This document shows positions 1-14,637 of a stretch of DNA of 64,000 bases, one piece after another. A program made the position numbers and the translations under genes. The notes beneath the pieces are model-generated. The model searched no databases and was not told where the DNA came from. It saw only the letters and a list, made by a program, of their open reading frames with translations. Every line of letters begins with the position of its first letter. The stretch's first letter is position 1. The stretch lies in NCBI RefSeq assembly GCF_964204645.1, contig NC_134029.1, positions 8,396,850 through 8,460,849 on the forward strand, given 5' to 3'. This DNA comes from Tubulanus polymorphus (lineage: Eukaryota; Animalia; Nemertea).

Positions 1-987
1 ATTCAGACCTTGCCGAATATCAATGTGGGATCTCAGCTCAAAAATTATCTCTGAAAGCGGATCCTCTAGGGTTGAAGTTGAAAATGTGGTCATTAACCAT
101 CGACTCGGAACGAGGTTCAACTTCTGGGAAATGACCCACCAGGGGGGAAAAAGAAAGCCGAGTGAAAATTTTAATCGATCGAAAAATGAAATACGCAAAT
201 TGAGAACAAGCCGAACCCGATGCGTGGTGTACACAATGCGGAGAATACCGTTTGAGGTAGAGAGATCATTAATTATTCAAGCGTTGATGTCTGTAACCAT
301 GCGGCGGCTCCGCGATTACGCTGTTTTTTCCAGAATTCATCAAATAAAGCTTTAATAAATTTTCAATTAAGTCACGAAGCAGAAAAAACAATTCGAAATT
401 GGATTCCCCTCGATGAAGAATTGATAATTAGGCTAAAGGTGATGGGCACGCGAGTTTCTCGTGTACCGAGCGTTCGACATGAGAAATATTTCAAATGTCT
501 TCGTTCGGCGTTTACGTAATGACAGATGCCGCGACCCCGATTGCAACGTAGTTAAGATGAATAATTGATCGAAAACTAATCAATTTGGACCTCTGGTACA
601 GAAAAAATCTTTGATCAATCGGAATATCGCACAAGGGGATTGCATTGGTAAATGGGGTGCTGGTTAGCTCAATAACTAAAAGTTGAATTTACCATATGGC
701 TTAGATTAAAATTAGGGCAAACTCTTATCAACTTTTTAGCAACTGAAACCCGATAGATAACTTCAACTAACCAACTTTGGAGCAACTGGGCTCAGTTGTG
801 ACCTAACAATTACTGGAGTTAATTTGAAAACTTTTGAAAAATTCCACCCTAGTATGTTGAATTAGAGGCCTACCATCATAATGTATCTGACACACTGAAA
901 TGGTAACCAAAAAATACATTCTTCTTATATCTACAGTTGTTAGATTGGCTATAGAACTTAAAATGATCTAAAATGAACTAGCCCCTG

Positions 988-1088
988 GGGCCAGTTGCAC
1001 AGCCGTGACTGAAGTCATTAGATTGGCTATAGAACTTAGTTGGTCTTAGACTGGTCTTAAGTCTAAGCCATGAGTATGCAACTAGCCC
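988..1088. mobile_element. Short palindromic MITE (family C), PIF/Harbinger-like, CTG target duplication
   Basis: Ends GGGCCAGTTGCA...TGCAACTAGCCC, flanked by CTG at 985-987 and 1089-1091. A truncated sibling (tagattggctatagaactta...aactagccc) abuts it at ~940-984. Confidence 0.7.
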
Positions 1089-2297
1089 CTGATGTATAGA
1101 AAGGGTCTTCACAACTCACCATTAACAAGGAAGGTACTGGGGTCCTTTTGTTTGTAAAGTTATTCATTTTTTCAAATGATGGTTGAATGGATATATAAAT
1201 CACTAATGATGTAGTCCCAAAATGTGCTGAAGAACCAAAAAATCTCCAGCAAATGCCCGATAAGGTCAATAGTTCTATCATTTTATACGCAATTCTTGAA
1301 AAGCCAACTGTATTTCTATGGAAAGTCAATAGTTTGGAAATGCAAGAGGATGTATATTGACAACTGGGATCTCAGGAACTGATGCTGCCAATCTCTTTGA
1401 TTGTTGTCACTGAAAGTCACTAGTGCCATAGATCAGAGTGTAAAGATAGTCTAGTTAAAACCTAGCTTAACCTCAGTTTCAAAAACCTTTATTTGAAGTA
1501 CAAGGATGAGAGAACACTGCACAGTACCATAATTTCACTATTTGCGGGCAACGACAAATTCATCGGCTATTTTCAATTACGTGGTAACCTTATAAAGCGG
1601 TTGATAGACGCCTCTTTTTTCAGTACGGTCCATAAAATCGTCTCCGGAGTATTCAACAACAAGGAAACACTCGACTGATAAAGCGAAGTCGTGTTCGCTG
1701 CCGGTATCCGCCATCAAAAAATACTATACCATTTCGCCACGAGGAAAAACCTCATGAATATAACATGCTCCGCACAATGAGAGTAGCCACGCATCGCGCA
1801 AACATTCCGCCACTGAATAGGCAATAATTTTCCTTTATAGCCACTTAAAATTTTACCTGACCGGACACTTAAACGCAACCGGCAGCGACGGCTGGCCAGC
1901 GGCGCTGCGATCCGGCACGCAGCGCTCCTGACAAAAATTACGCAATCAACATTGATGGTCGTTATAAATCAAATCCACCGCTCGGACCCGGCGCGCTATT
2001 ACGTAGCTGTTTGTCATGACTGCCGGGTTGAGGATCGTTTTTTTTTCGCGATCGAGAAAAAGTGGAGAGTTTTATTGCCAGTGTCAAGTGCGCAGGCCAA
2101 AATTGATGGTATCGCCGCTGGCAATGCGACCGTATATCGTTAACCGTATAGACATTTAACCCGTTAAGGCCGGCAAAGGCAAACATTCCTCATTTTGATG
2201 TGAAAGCATGTGAAAATGAAAGATTTTTCTCACTTTGTTTTGTGACTTAAACCACGTTCACAGTAATGCCGAACTCAGGTCAACTAAGATCCGATTA

Positions 2298-2660
2298 TAG
2301 GCTGTATTGCGCTAACAAGAAATTCAAGATGGCTGCCCTGGCGGCCATATCTAATGGCAAATGACCTCTAATTTGAATATGGGGTGGACATCTCAGTTGC
2401 CCAAATCCTCACACCAAGTTTCATTAAAATCCAGCAAGATATATAGGCGGTATCATACTTACAAGAAATTCAAGATGGCTGGCCCGACAGCATATTCATT
2501 GGCTGATAACCTCCATTTTCAAAAGGGGTTGACTTCTCACCTTAAACTAAGCTTAAGAAAAATCCGTCAAGAATTGCAGGCTGTACTGCGCTAACAAGGT
2601 CTCAAGTGCACGGCGGACACTGAGTAAAATATGATGATATAATGATCATGCAGAACCCCC
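2298..2660 (+). mobile_element. HINE/Helentron-like non-autonomous element fragment with ~140-bp internal tandem units
   Basis: GGCTGTA(T/C)TGCGCTAACAAG recurs at ~2299 and ~2579 (decayed at ~2446), and AAATTCAAGATGGCTG occurs twice. Homologous to 10905-11308. Confidence 0.55.
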
Positions 2661-4366
2661 TAGTTCAGCATAAACATTCCGAAATTAAAGGAAACCCCCC
2701 AATTAGAATGGAAAAAAACGTCCCCACTAAATAAACATCTCGTACAGTTTTCCGTTCTATAGCCTGGTTTTTTCTTCAATTCAGAATTATAACGGTAACC
2801 TGAATATGGAAACCCATAAACATTCCTATCAACTTTTACGGAATGAAACAATAAAACATAGTTGCAGACATTTCAAATGAAGAGGTGGAGGGTGACACAG
2901 CAGAAATGAGGCAGAATCGAAGTTACCAGAATGAAAGTTGATATCATTTAGTAAACAGTGAACAGGTTGAATGAGGATCGCACATTAAAAACTGCAAGAA
3001 TGGGCGTAATTGATGATAATAGAATCAAAGTTGACACTGAATACCCAAATGCATCGGAGATGACCTTGGTTCAAAAGTATTCCACATTCATCAGCGCAAT
3101 TTTCCCTGAAATGAAACCTTATCCACGTATAAAGAAAGGTTCAAAAATTATTTCCTGTCCAGACCGCTGCGAGAGGTTGCGTGAAACTATGAGCTTTTAT
3201 TGTGCATACTGAAAGAAACTGGAAAACGATCTTTCTAACATTCAGAACCTGGCGTCTTGCGGCACTGTTTGTCTGAATAGTTTCCAGACATAGCCGGCTC
3301 ACATTTCAGATGCAGCCCTTGGCATCCTGATTCGTAATAAATGGCCACCATTTCTATTCCAAACAGACTAAGTCAGCTAATGTATTTAAAAAAAAACCTG
3401 CACGCGCATTTTTTCCCCGGGTCTAATCCCGAATGGGATCGTAGTTAGTTACAAATGGATGGCCATTTTGCGTCGCGAAAATTCCGGCGTGGGACATTTT
3501 CGAAGCTATTTACGCATTATCGGCGGCCAGGAGGGAGAAACGTTAGTTAGCGACTCTCGGCTACGTCGCAATTTAAACATGGGACCTCATAGATCACGGC
3601 GCAGTTACCAGTTCCCGGTCCCTTTCTAGTTATCAATTTCAGCTTATTGGTGACAATGGCAACCGTCGGGAGTGAATGGAATTTCTGGCTGGGGGCCATT
3701 TATTAAGCAAGGGCTCCATCTCCGCAACTGGTTGACTGTTGTATGTATATGTATATGAGGAAATAATACGTCAAACTGGTTTTGTATTTGACAAGACATT
3801 TTTTCGAAAAACTCTTCCAACCAAATAAAGGATCAAATGACGTAACCGTACTCTTTGATGTGAGAAAAAGATACACTCACCAACTGGCGGTAGATAAGTA
3901 AACATTTAAAAAGTTTTAAAGGTTCAAACCTACTGAACAAATGATCAAAAGTGCCTGTCTTTTCGTTCGAATCTGATGGTCTGAAAATTCACTTTTTAGG
4001 AATTTCAATTTTGAGGATTAAAGTTTGTGTATTCAGTATAATATTCGTTCTAAGCCTTTGTCAATGTCAACTGATCTTTGAAATGCGTACGTCGAGCTTT
4101 TCCTTGAAAATCTCAAACGGGATTTCTATTCAATAGATTTCATTTTTAGAAGTTACTCATGAAAGTATAAGCCGAGTTATAGCGAACGGATTAAATGCAT
4201 GAAAAAAGTATTAATAGATGATGAAGCAGCTGCTTCTTTAGATTCCTATGCTCCGAGTGAAAATAATCGATACAAGCTACCGAAAAGATGATACAAGATC
4301 AACCCATTTAATCGGTATTTATAGTCAAGTTTTCATTGATTGTGGTCAGCATTATGTAGTCAAAAT

Positions 4367-4485
4367 CAGGGTCGGACCCAGAGTCCAATTTTGTATGCAG
4401 GTAAAAATTGACATTTCAGATTTTTGAACCCTTCTGAAAAGCTAGGGGATCGGACCCCTGAACCACCTCCTTGGGTTCGCCACTG
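4367..4485. mobile_element. Degenerate GGATCC-type MITE (family D)
   Basis: CAGGGTCGGACCCA...TGGGTTCGCCACTG termini resemble those of the element at 18924-19151. Confidence 0.5.
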
Positions 4486-7400
4486 CACAGTAGTTCTCCC
4501 TCTCAAAGATGAAATTGGTAGTCATCGTGGAAAAAGATAGAACCTGTTTCTATTGGCAGAATTAAGTGGACGATGAGATACATTTCATATTCAACTGTCT
4601 TCTGTACGATAACAATTTTATAGATTCCATCAGTGCCATCGAACGATATTTCGATATTTGCCCAATGTTTGAAACTCAGTGTAGCCTTTTCGGAAAATAT
4701 ATCGAAAGAATATAAAACCTTAGGCAAGATAACCTGCATAATAATCAAGCTTTCGTACTAACACTCACGTGGACCTTATATGATAAAACAAACAAAAATC
4801 ATTTTGCTATCATTTATTTTGTTTATGTAGTGTAACTAATAAGCCCTATCATGGACTGGGTGCTCTTTGTGCGATGTCGCGTAAATAAACAAATAAATAA
4901 TAAGTAGTAATAGTTGGTACCCAATTTTTGACTAATAGCGTTTTTTCGATATCGCAGGGAAGGAATAACATCTCCGCGGAGCGAGCTCTTTCATCAATGA
5001 CACGACGTCTTCCTTAAGTTATCGCTCAAATTCTACTTAATTTCGGCGCCGCGATCGATATCTCCAACAGAAGGGTAAATGAACTCTCGCTATCGTACAC
5101 CTCGCGATTGACGTGTACTGGATTTCCGGATTAAAACGCACTGAATCTTAAAATTAGCAGCAACAACGACGACGTAGCTGGTCGTGATCGACTATGTCGC
5201 CCGCGACGCCGGCACACCGACGAACCGGCCGGGCTCTCGTTTACGACGACGGGCAATCAAGACGAACAGGCGGATATGTTCAAGCGTGAACGTTTGCCAC
5301 GGTCGACTGAACTCAGCTCGTGTGATCTCACGGAGGAAAATGGACAAACGGTACGTCGATAAACCCGGCCGTATTGACCGACGAAACCCGGCCGACCGAG
5401 CGAAATACTCGCGTCGGAAGAAATACACGACGACGTTTACGACTGATATCCGCTAAATGAGCAAATATATCGAAACTTACATACGCGTATGTATATCAGA
5501 GTAAATGAGATAGTTTGCGGGGCCAGCCACCTGTCTCAGTTCAGTGTGTATTTGATGTGGCATCCGCGACCCTGCGTCAAGTTGGACTGTCACAGCTTTA
5601 AGTCCAGTCTACAGGGATGGATCCTGTGCAAGGGATGCACACCTCATCAAAAATGTCATTTTGCGGTAAAGTATTACGGCAAAATGAAGAATATGAAGAA
5701 CATTAAATTAACTTTTGTAAAAATCCATCAAGAAAATTTCTAAGGCCAGTCTACAGGGGTGAACCCAAGGGTAGGGTGTAGGCGGTACACCCGGAAATAT
5801 TAGGGGAAAATGAATGATACCTTAAAAGTTTGAATTCACAATATGCCTTATTGTAGGAACGGATTTATTGATATTGATCGAGCGCGAAATTAATTTTGAA
5901 CCGCAAATTACCAGCAGAATACTGTTTATTCTGGATGGAGTGAGGGATGTAAACTACTATCGATGAACAGAAATTCTGTTTTACAAACCGATGAACCGAA
6001 TGAATGTCGCAAAGCTGAATTAAAGAATCCATTCAATCATTTCATATATACTTATATATATATGAATCAGCCAATGAGAAGATGGCACCAGTACCGCGCG
6101 GAAGGTATTTATTATTCCGCGTACACACACTGTCAGCTGATATTTACATGATATGGAGATGAGATTATTTCGAATTACCTAAACGCGCGAGATTTGCTGA
6201 TGTCTTTTAGAAATTTGCAACATTGAATGCGTATCTTGAGGGCTATTAATTTGTACAGATCGTGCGGTTTGACCTGACAGCCCGACACGGCCTAGCAATG
6301 AGCGTGACAGTACGAATGATGAATGAGGAAGAAGAGAGACGTACAGCGCGCGCGGAGATGAGAGTCGAGGAGAGGGAAGAGACCTGTAGGAGAGGGTTAC
6401 GACGAGGGACAGAGAGGGGACGCCGTAAAAATGAGGGAAAAGAAGAGAGTCTGAAAAGAGGGGGCTTAATCGCGATAGGTTGGTAGGAGATAAACAATAA
6501 AGAAGGTGGGTACCGATCTCCAGGATGTGGAAAGAGGAAATAGGGGTTCACAATCTTTATCAATAGGTGTACAGCCACAAAGACAACCCCGTACCACTGG
6601 CTATCCCACCAGATAGTGTAGTCCCTTGCCGGTTCAGGCTTAGAAACATATACATAGACCCTTCCAACAGAAAAGGTAAAAAGGGCTTTTCTGGCTCTTA
6701 TCAGGGTTCATTTGGATTCATTTTTCTTCTTTTCAAAGTTTACTTTGCAAAAGAAAATTTCCAAGAGATTTTCGAGAGCATATTTGAATTTTGAAAGGGG
6801 TGGACCGGTATACCCACCTAAATCCACGCTCGATAAAGAATTTAAACAGAACACATCCCTAGATGAAATCAGATCGATCTTTAGGGTTCCCGTATTGCAT
6901 GGTTTTTTATGCATCCTTTACAGAGCCTAAGAAATTATGTCTAGATTTTATACTCGGTAATCGGATGTGGAAGAAATTCCGAATTTGACAAAGTGGAAGA
7001 CATTGAATGAAAGAATGATGAAAAGAATCGCATGCAAGAATCGATGAGACCAGGTGGAAAAGACAACAGTATACAGTAGAAAGACATTGCAAATAATTGA
7101 AAAAAATTTTGACAAAAATATAAAATACCTCGAACTCACCTTTATTTACAACGAATCCATTCAGCTTTGAAACATTAAAGATTCTTCATCGACAAAAACA
7201 TCCTGTAAATAAATCAGAAAAAAAACAGCAATAAATGAGACTGGATGACACAAATTAGAGCGACAAATTAAAGATTACTGCACGAGAGTTTGTATGAATT
7301 AGAAGTATAGAGATATGTTAATATATATAATAGATATAAATATTGTCAGGAATGAAACCTTCCTGTGGTCAATATTGAGGGGCAAGAAAATGATTAGAAA

Positions 7401-8847
7401 AGCATTCTGGCAGTTCAAGAAAAATACCCTCTTCTAAAATTTCCAACAAACTTGGGAATTACCCTTCTGACATTTGTTTTTGACAAAATTGTACCCTCAA
7501 AGCACATTACATGTATACAAATTTTATGGTTCATCGCGTATATGAATGACGCCAAAAATGCATTAGTATTTTTGATGACAGTGATATTTGAAGGGAAATC
7601 TACGGGATTTCCATAGGGTTTTTTATCGGGGCTAGACTGGTTGTCGGTCAATTCAATTATCGATATATTGAAATTGAAAATAAATTTATTGATCCTTCAT
7701 ATTAATATATAATCTACATTATAATCTTTAATCCATATTATTCATTATGAACAATATTGAGCAATATATGCATTGTTCCAAAGGCGCTGATAGATTTTCA
7801 AGTCAGTTATCTTGTTTATATTCTTTTCTACGTATCAATCGCGTAATAAAATTGTGCCATCGACGTTTACGTGATTGCCCCAATTTGCCCTGCCCCAAAA
7901 ATGATTCTCGAAGACAGTCCACGGCAGAGAGTCTGAAGATCAACAATCATCAAAAGTGCGACTTCTTCCAATCTGGATTAAAATCTTTCAACGTCATCGA
8001 TTACCGCGACCTGCGCGAACTGTTCGAACTTCCAGATCCAGGGATGAAAACGGCCCATATTGAAAAAGTCGGAAAATATTTTCAAAAAAAAAGAATTTTT
8101 TTGGGGAACAAAAATCAGTAACTTTTAGCCAAAAAACTTACTTCCTTTTTGGTCAAAATGTTAATAGTTTGGGCCTGAATTAGAGCCGCTTTTTGAATGA
8201 GACGCCATATTGGTTTCTCCGACTCCACAGTTGTGCTAACAACTGCCAAAAACCGTCTTAAGAAGCACTCCTAACTACGGAGCGCTCCGACGTGACACCC
8301 ACGATTGAGGTGATCAAAGCGATTGAGGTGATTTACACTGTTCTCAGGAATAAAGAAAATGTTAGAAAAGGTCGGAAATCCGTCTATGGTCGGAAGATTT
8401 TCATCCCTGCAGATCCCTGTTGTTGTCACTCGCGGTCTCGAGACCCGCGAAACCCATTCATCCGAAGACAATTTCCATTGACGAATATGACCATCTGGGG
8501 CCCCCGTGCGCGGGGTGTCGTTGTCATCGCCGCCTTCGCGAGAAGATGATAGTGATATAAATTCGATACACGACATCGATTAATCGAGTTCTAACCACCG
8601 TATAGATAGGTGTGAGAATTAAGACACCAGATCCGACGACACTTAGTTGAACTATCGGTTAGATAGAGACGTCCTCCTCCGTCGTCGTTGTCGTCGTCAT
8701 TGCAGACAGACACACAATATATTTCTTCTCTCATAATCGGATTACGCGCGAATAATAAACGCTCGGCGCGCGCCCGGCTACGAAATCACTGATAACTAAT
8801 CAATTCGAAATCATTACTACCCGCAAAGCCTTATCATCATAGACATA

Positions 8848-9012
8848 AGCCGCGATTGCACGAGCATTTTTGGCCTGCAACAACTGTTTGCGCTGATACC
8901 AAATGGGCCCATGTCTACTTGGCCTAACCAAAAACGTCGGACCAAGCCCCGAGCCAAGTTTTAGCATGGCTAAAATCATTGCATGTGAATTGCAACTGGT
9001 TCCGGAAGTGAC
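8848..9012 (+). mobile_element. Family A MITE fragment (Harbinger-like)
   Basis: Begins AGCCGCGATTGCACGAGCATTTTTGGCC and aligns with the copies at 26211 and 41117-41429 (reverse). Confidence 0.75.
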
Positions 9013-9074
9013 AACTTAAGACTATTGTTACAATTTAAGGCTACTTTTGGACTTAAGTTTTGATTATGGACCTT

Positions 9075-9572
9075 GGTCTAGTTCCGCAGCTGTGAGTTGT
9101 TAGAGATAACTCTGGTTAAAATCAGTTCATTTTCAATGATTCAACTCGGCATCAAATCTTAACTCAGAACTCTGGAACTGTGTCCCAGCCTCTGGCGGCA
9201 GTTCCATTGTCGAGACTAAAGTCCAAAAGTGGTCTTAAGACCGGAAGTTCTTAGATTGGCCATCGAACTAAGATGGTCCTATACTCCTAAGAAAAGGCTT
9301 GTTCAGGGGTTCTTTGAAGGGTTCTCGGTAAAGCTTTAAGGTTCTATAGAATAAGGCAATAGAAAACTTGGACTGTGGTTCTTCGAGACTTCAGGGTTCT
9401 CGACAAAGAACGTTAAACTGGTTTTGAGTGTCTACTGACTGGTCTTAAATCTAAGCCATGACTATGGAGTTCAATAGTTGAGACTAAAGCCAAATCTTGA
9501 GCCTGGGAGATATAACTAATATGGTCTTAGATCAGTATTAAGTCAAAACCATGACTATGGACATGATCCCCG
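9075..9572. mobile_element. Cluster of abutting family C MITEs, one interrupted by a ~150-bp GGTTCT-rich insert (~9283-9432)
   Basis: 9075-9186 matches 18782-18889. TAGATTGGCCATCGAACTAAGATGGTCCTA and GACTGGTCTTAAATCTAAGCCATGA are contiguous in the 988 copy but split here by the insert. Confidence 0.6.
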
Positions 9573-9848
9573 ATCTTTGAAACTAATCACCGCTCATTTG
9601 GTCAAACGAAATTATTTTCACGTCTCTTCCGTATCGAGGATGAAATAGACTCCGTCCATGAACGCATACCCCGATTTTAACGCAATTACTCCCAATCAAA
9701 GAGAGATGGCACTTAACAACGATGGACAGTAAATCAATGAATCGTCTTCGGCCTTCGTTTGATTAACAATCCTACGTATATCAGATTATTATATAGTTGA
9801 TTTAATAATCAGATTCGGTCGGACGTAATTATCCGAAATACTACATCC

Positions 9849-10346
<498 letters not shown>

Positions 10347-10904
10347 ATATATATTTATATATATATATTTATATCTGCAGACACTTGCTCAAAGGACAGA
10401 GAGCGAAATCAAAGATAAGTTGATTGTCGTGAATTTGCACGCAGGACCGGATGATGTTTCGAGATAGACGCGACCAATTTCTGGACAGATTATAACGATC
10501 TTAGAGACTATTACGCGGCGAGAATATTTCGATGCGCAGAAAATGAATATAGGTATAATATCCGTAATCGTAGTAATGGATTTCTCGAAAAAGGAATTAA
10601 TGGCTCGACGGCCGAATTAAATATTCGGATCCAAACGGATGACGGGATAAATTGTAAGAAATGCGGGTTTTCATCGAACCCACGTTCTTTCCGCAGTGGT
10701 CACTGAATTCGATAAAAAAGATCGAATTCATTTTTGAAGGATAACTCGGCAACGAGAATGTAGCAATGCCACATATCCCCGGGGAAATCAGACGAACAAG
10801 GGGCAAGAAATTTAGATGACAGGTAACAAACATATCGCATACTTGCATAGAAAACAGTCGAGCTTATTTGAAATTGTTCATTAATTTTGTAAGAATTGGT
10901 AAAC

Positions 10905-11308
10905 CAGTTTCAACCCTCATATCAGGTTTCATAGAAATCCATCAAGAATTGTAGATGGCGTTGAAAAATCAAAATGGCTGCCCTGGAGGCCATATGAGAT
11001 GGCTGATAAACTTCATTGCCAATCAGGGTGGACATCTCACCTGCCCCATTTCTAACATGAAGTTTCAGAGAAATCCTTCAAGAATTGCAGGCTGTATTGC
11101 ATTAACAAGGTCTCAAGGGATTGACAGACATCTTGGCTACCCTGGGGGCCTTATTAGATGGCCGATTCTCCATTTTCTACAAGGGTATACATCTCGCTCA
11201 AATCCTCACAACAGATTTTAGGGAAATCCAGCACGAATTGCAGGCAGTTATCATGCTAACAGACAGCGCATACTGACTGAAATAAGGTTCCCCCAAAAGG
11301 GGAGAGAA
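10905..11308 (+). mobile_element. HINE-like element 3' part with tandem core units and terminal hairpin
   Basis: Repeated GAAATCC..AAGAATTG(C/T)AG units shared with 2298-2660. Ends ACAGACAG...TTCCCCCAAAAGGGGAGA. Confidence 0.55.
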
Positions 11309-11851
11309 GACATGGTAGCCGGTGGTGGAAGGGACTTATCTTCAGCAGGGACAAATCTTTAGAATCTCTTTATGCAAAATCACTCGATGGTATTCAATGG
11401 TTTTCAATCAAGAATCAATTTCCACGATTAACTAGGGGATGATACTAATGAATATAGCCGGACGTTTGACAATGAGTGAAACTGAGGTCACTTTCTGGGT
11501 AGGTGGCCGTCGAGAAATGTTATAGCTCATTGCTCATTTTGTCTTCCCAGAAATGGCTTTAAAAGTTAATTTCCTATTTGTAATGATTACATACAAATTG
11601 ATATACTGGTGTGGTATTGGTGTTCCCTTCCTTCTTCTGACCATTGTATTATCTAACAATAGTATGTGAAGGATAAGGATGCAGGACACCTACTTGGCTC
11701 AATATGTGTCCTTGGCATCAATAATTCTTTCAATTTTAATCATTTTATAGAGAAAATGAAGATATTTCTAATATTAAGTTTCAGGATCAGGGAGGGTCGG
11801 AATTATATTCAATGCTGCACGTCTTCTAATCACAGGAAATTTCATTTTTAA

Positions 11852-12603
11852 TTCTTTCAGTTCATTTACACCGCGTTGCGGTGTATTAATCAGTGATGAA
11901 CTTAGCTAGTACACCGTAATGCATGTTTTGATGTAATTAGTAATTAGTTTTTATCTCTATTGAAAAATGGCAGCACCTGTCACATTGAAATATAGAAACT
12001 AATGATACACCGCGCCGTGGTGTAGTACACTAAAGCGGTATGCCCGTCATTCAACATATTGGGGTGGAATTTCAAAATATTTTCAAATTTTCTCCAGCAC
12101 TCTCCAGCATCAGTAAAGCCTGGCGCACACGAGGCAATTTTTAGTCGCCTGTTCCTGCGACCGATTTGCAAGCAACCGTTGAGCAATCGACCGCTTGGTG
12201 TCGCCCGTGTGCTACCACTGGAGACGGACAAGCAATTATCTTTCCCGGCAAACATCTGTATCATGTGACTTGTCAAGATGGCCACGCTACAGCCTCGACT
12301 GGTGCCGTATTTGGTTGAATCACATGATAATTGTTCGCTCTCTCATTGGCTAATTAATGAGTCGCTTGTCGCTTGGTGTCTCCAGTGGTAGCACACGAGC
12401 AACTCCCGAGCGATCGGTGAGCAATTTCTGGGCGACGAGCAATTTTCCGTCGCCCAATATCAAACATGTTTGATATTGGGCGACACGGAGCAATTCCTTT
12501 CGACAACGAGCAATCGCTGTCGCCCCTTGCCGCAATTCGGGTGGTTGCTCGAGAATTGCTCGAAACTGTCACCCGCCCGCGCCGGGCTTTAGCACTGAAA
12601 GGG
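11852..12603 (-). mobile_element. piggyBac-like MITE (family B) carrying a nested insertion
   Basis: TTAA at 11848-11851 and 12604-12607, and ends TTCTTTCAGT...GCACTGAAAGGG. Body is the reverse complement of 23382-23677. Confidence 0.8.
12117..12588. mobile_element. Harbinger-like MITE nested in the family B copy
   Basis: Ends AGCCTGGCGC...GCGCCGGGCT with TAA/TTA flanks. Internal inverted repeat CGTGTGCTACCACTGGAGAC / GTCTCCAGTGGTAGCACACG and a perfect 36-bp palindrome at 12449-12484. Absent from other family B copies. Confidence 0.75.
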
Positions 12604-13491
12604 TTAAATGTAACATTCCAATTCAGAATGGCTTGATCCCGAATTCGAATGAACTGAATAAAAAACGTTCTAAATAACATAGTGTGAAGGCAGCTATAGT
12701 CAAGTGGTTGCTGGTCATTCAAGAACAAGCAACTGTCTATCCTAAATCCACATTCCTCGGACCCTAAATTATCAGCAAATACCCTGCAGATTCATCGGTC
12801 AGTACGATGGTCTAGATTTAGACCTGGATCTGCTGTATAGTCAAAAAGTCTTCGGCAGTCAGCGCGGAAAGTGCCATCCATAAGTAATACATCAATAGAT
12901 CGAGTACCTAAATGTTTTAGCAGTAAATAGCCGTTTAGACAAACGAACGGCAAAACCTTATGGAAATTGATGAACGCTATTTGGCAGCACAGGGGGAGAC
13001 TACTATGCCATTGTCGTCATCATCATCATCATCATCATTGGGCAAAACATGAGAGACGAAGACCCCGGCACAATTCGATCGATCAACGCCGTCGGCAATT
13101 TAGGATCGGACTGCACGCGCAGTGATCTTTATCTTGATCAAACAGACACCACAACGGACCGGCGCAAACGTTCTTTTTACGCGTCTGCATCCGACATAAT
13201 TCCGCGCGATTACGACGACGCATTTTATAGAACCTCGCCGCGCGCATCAGGTTCAACGTCGATTTATGTCCATCATACACGGGATATTACTAATTTGTGT
13301 TTGATGGTTGAGCTACGGGTCGGATCTTTACGGCCGTTTTATCGACGGTAAGCCGTTGCTCCTCTTGACCGTCGTGTACGCCGGCTAAATCATGTCTGAA
13401 TTACGGGCGGCGAACGAACCCTCGGGATCTGAGCGCTGTTTACCGAGCGAGAAATGCGCAGAGGGAGCAGTGGAGGTGTGTTGTAGGAATC

Positions 13492-13708
13492 CACGGGGGC
13501 GCATCCAAGGGGAGGGTGCACGGGGTGTGCAACCCCTAAAAATGTAAAGTTGCCCTGAAATTTAACGGGAAAATGAAACCTAGAAAAGTTTAGATTCATA
13601 AGCTTGTTTTGTTTTTCCAAAAATGAGTTTACATTTTGCGATGAGCATTCTTTCGGGATGCCCTTTTAATCATATGCTATGCCTAAATCAGACCCTAGAT
13701 CCGCCTCG
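13492..13708. mobile_element. Family D MITE
   Basis: GGGGCGCATCCAAGGGGAGGGTGCACGGGGTGTGCAACCCC...CCCTAGATCCGCC. Confidence 0.55.
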
Positions 13709-14339
13709 AACTTCGAACGATCACTAAAGACCATATCGCTTTTTACGGCGTCAAAAAAAAAATCATTCTTCCGAACAACTAAGCCATTTCTGATTACGGT
13801 TCTATCGATCGGTGTCACGGTTGGTATATCGGAATGGTCGGTATATTGGAATAACGCTTATCTCGCTACTAATGCACGACGGCATTGTACGACCGAGTTA
13901 GAATACCAATCGGCGGCAATGGCCGTTGCGCGAGCGCACGCGGGAACAATTAAAACCCCATCATCGTCGCAGTTGAACCGCGGCCCCGCGCGCGTTATCA
14001 ACAGCAAGATACGGCGAATGCTGAAACTCGATTACGACCGACCGCTCGCAAGACTAATTTCATAACGGTAAACGCAACGAAAATGCAACAATAATGGTCT
14101 AATTAACCGCATCCATTAACGTTCCACGTTCCTTGGCCCATTATCGTAAAAATCTGCGTCGAAAAAAAACGACGACGACGTCAGAAATGCATTACTGAGC
14201 AGTGTAACGAGGAACCGGGGAGGTGGTTTTATCCCCCTCCCAGCCTCTTCCCTCCTCTTTCCTAGGCTGAATTTGTTGTGCCTGCATTCTCATGACTGAA
14301 ATGTAAAGCCTGGCGGTGCACACTGGGGTGGCAAACAGA

Positions 14340-14637
14340 CAGGGTGCGCCACTTATATCTGACTCGCTTTTCCCCTTATTCCTCGACTTTTTCTCTGACT
14401 ATTCCCTAACATAAGTTGTTTTCCCTGACTGGATCTAAGAATCCAATCAATTAACACGCGTCAAATACCTAAAACTTAGACAGAAACGGTTAGATTTTAC
14501 ACGCAATCTAGCAATCTCATCAAATATCCCTGGCTTTTTTTTAACGAAATTCCCTGACTTTTTCAAAGTAATGAAAATTACCTGACATTTTTCGAAGAAA
14601 AGAAAATTCCCTGATTTCCAGGTAAGCGGCCACCCTG
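14340..14637. mobile_element. hAT-like MITE
   Basis: CAGGGTG...CACCCTG termini with many TTCCCTGA subterminal motifs. No clear target duplication. A partial sibling lies at ~46712-46747. Confidence 0.6.
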
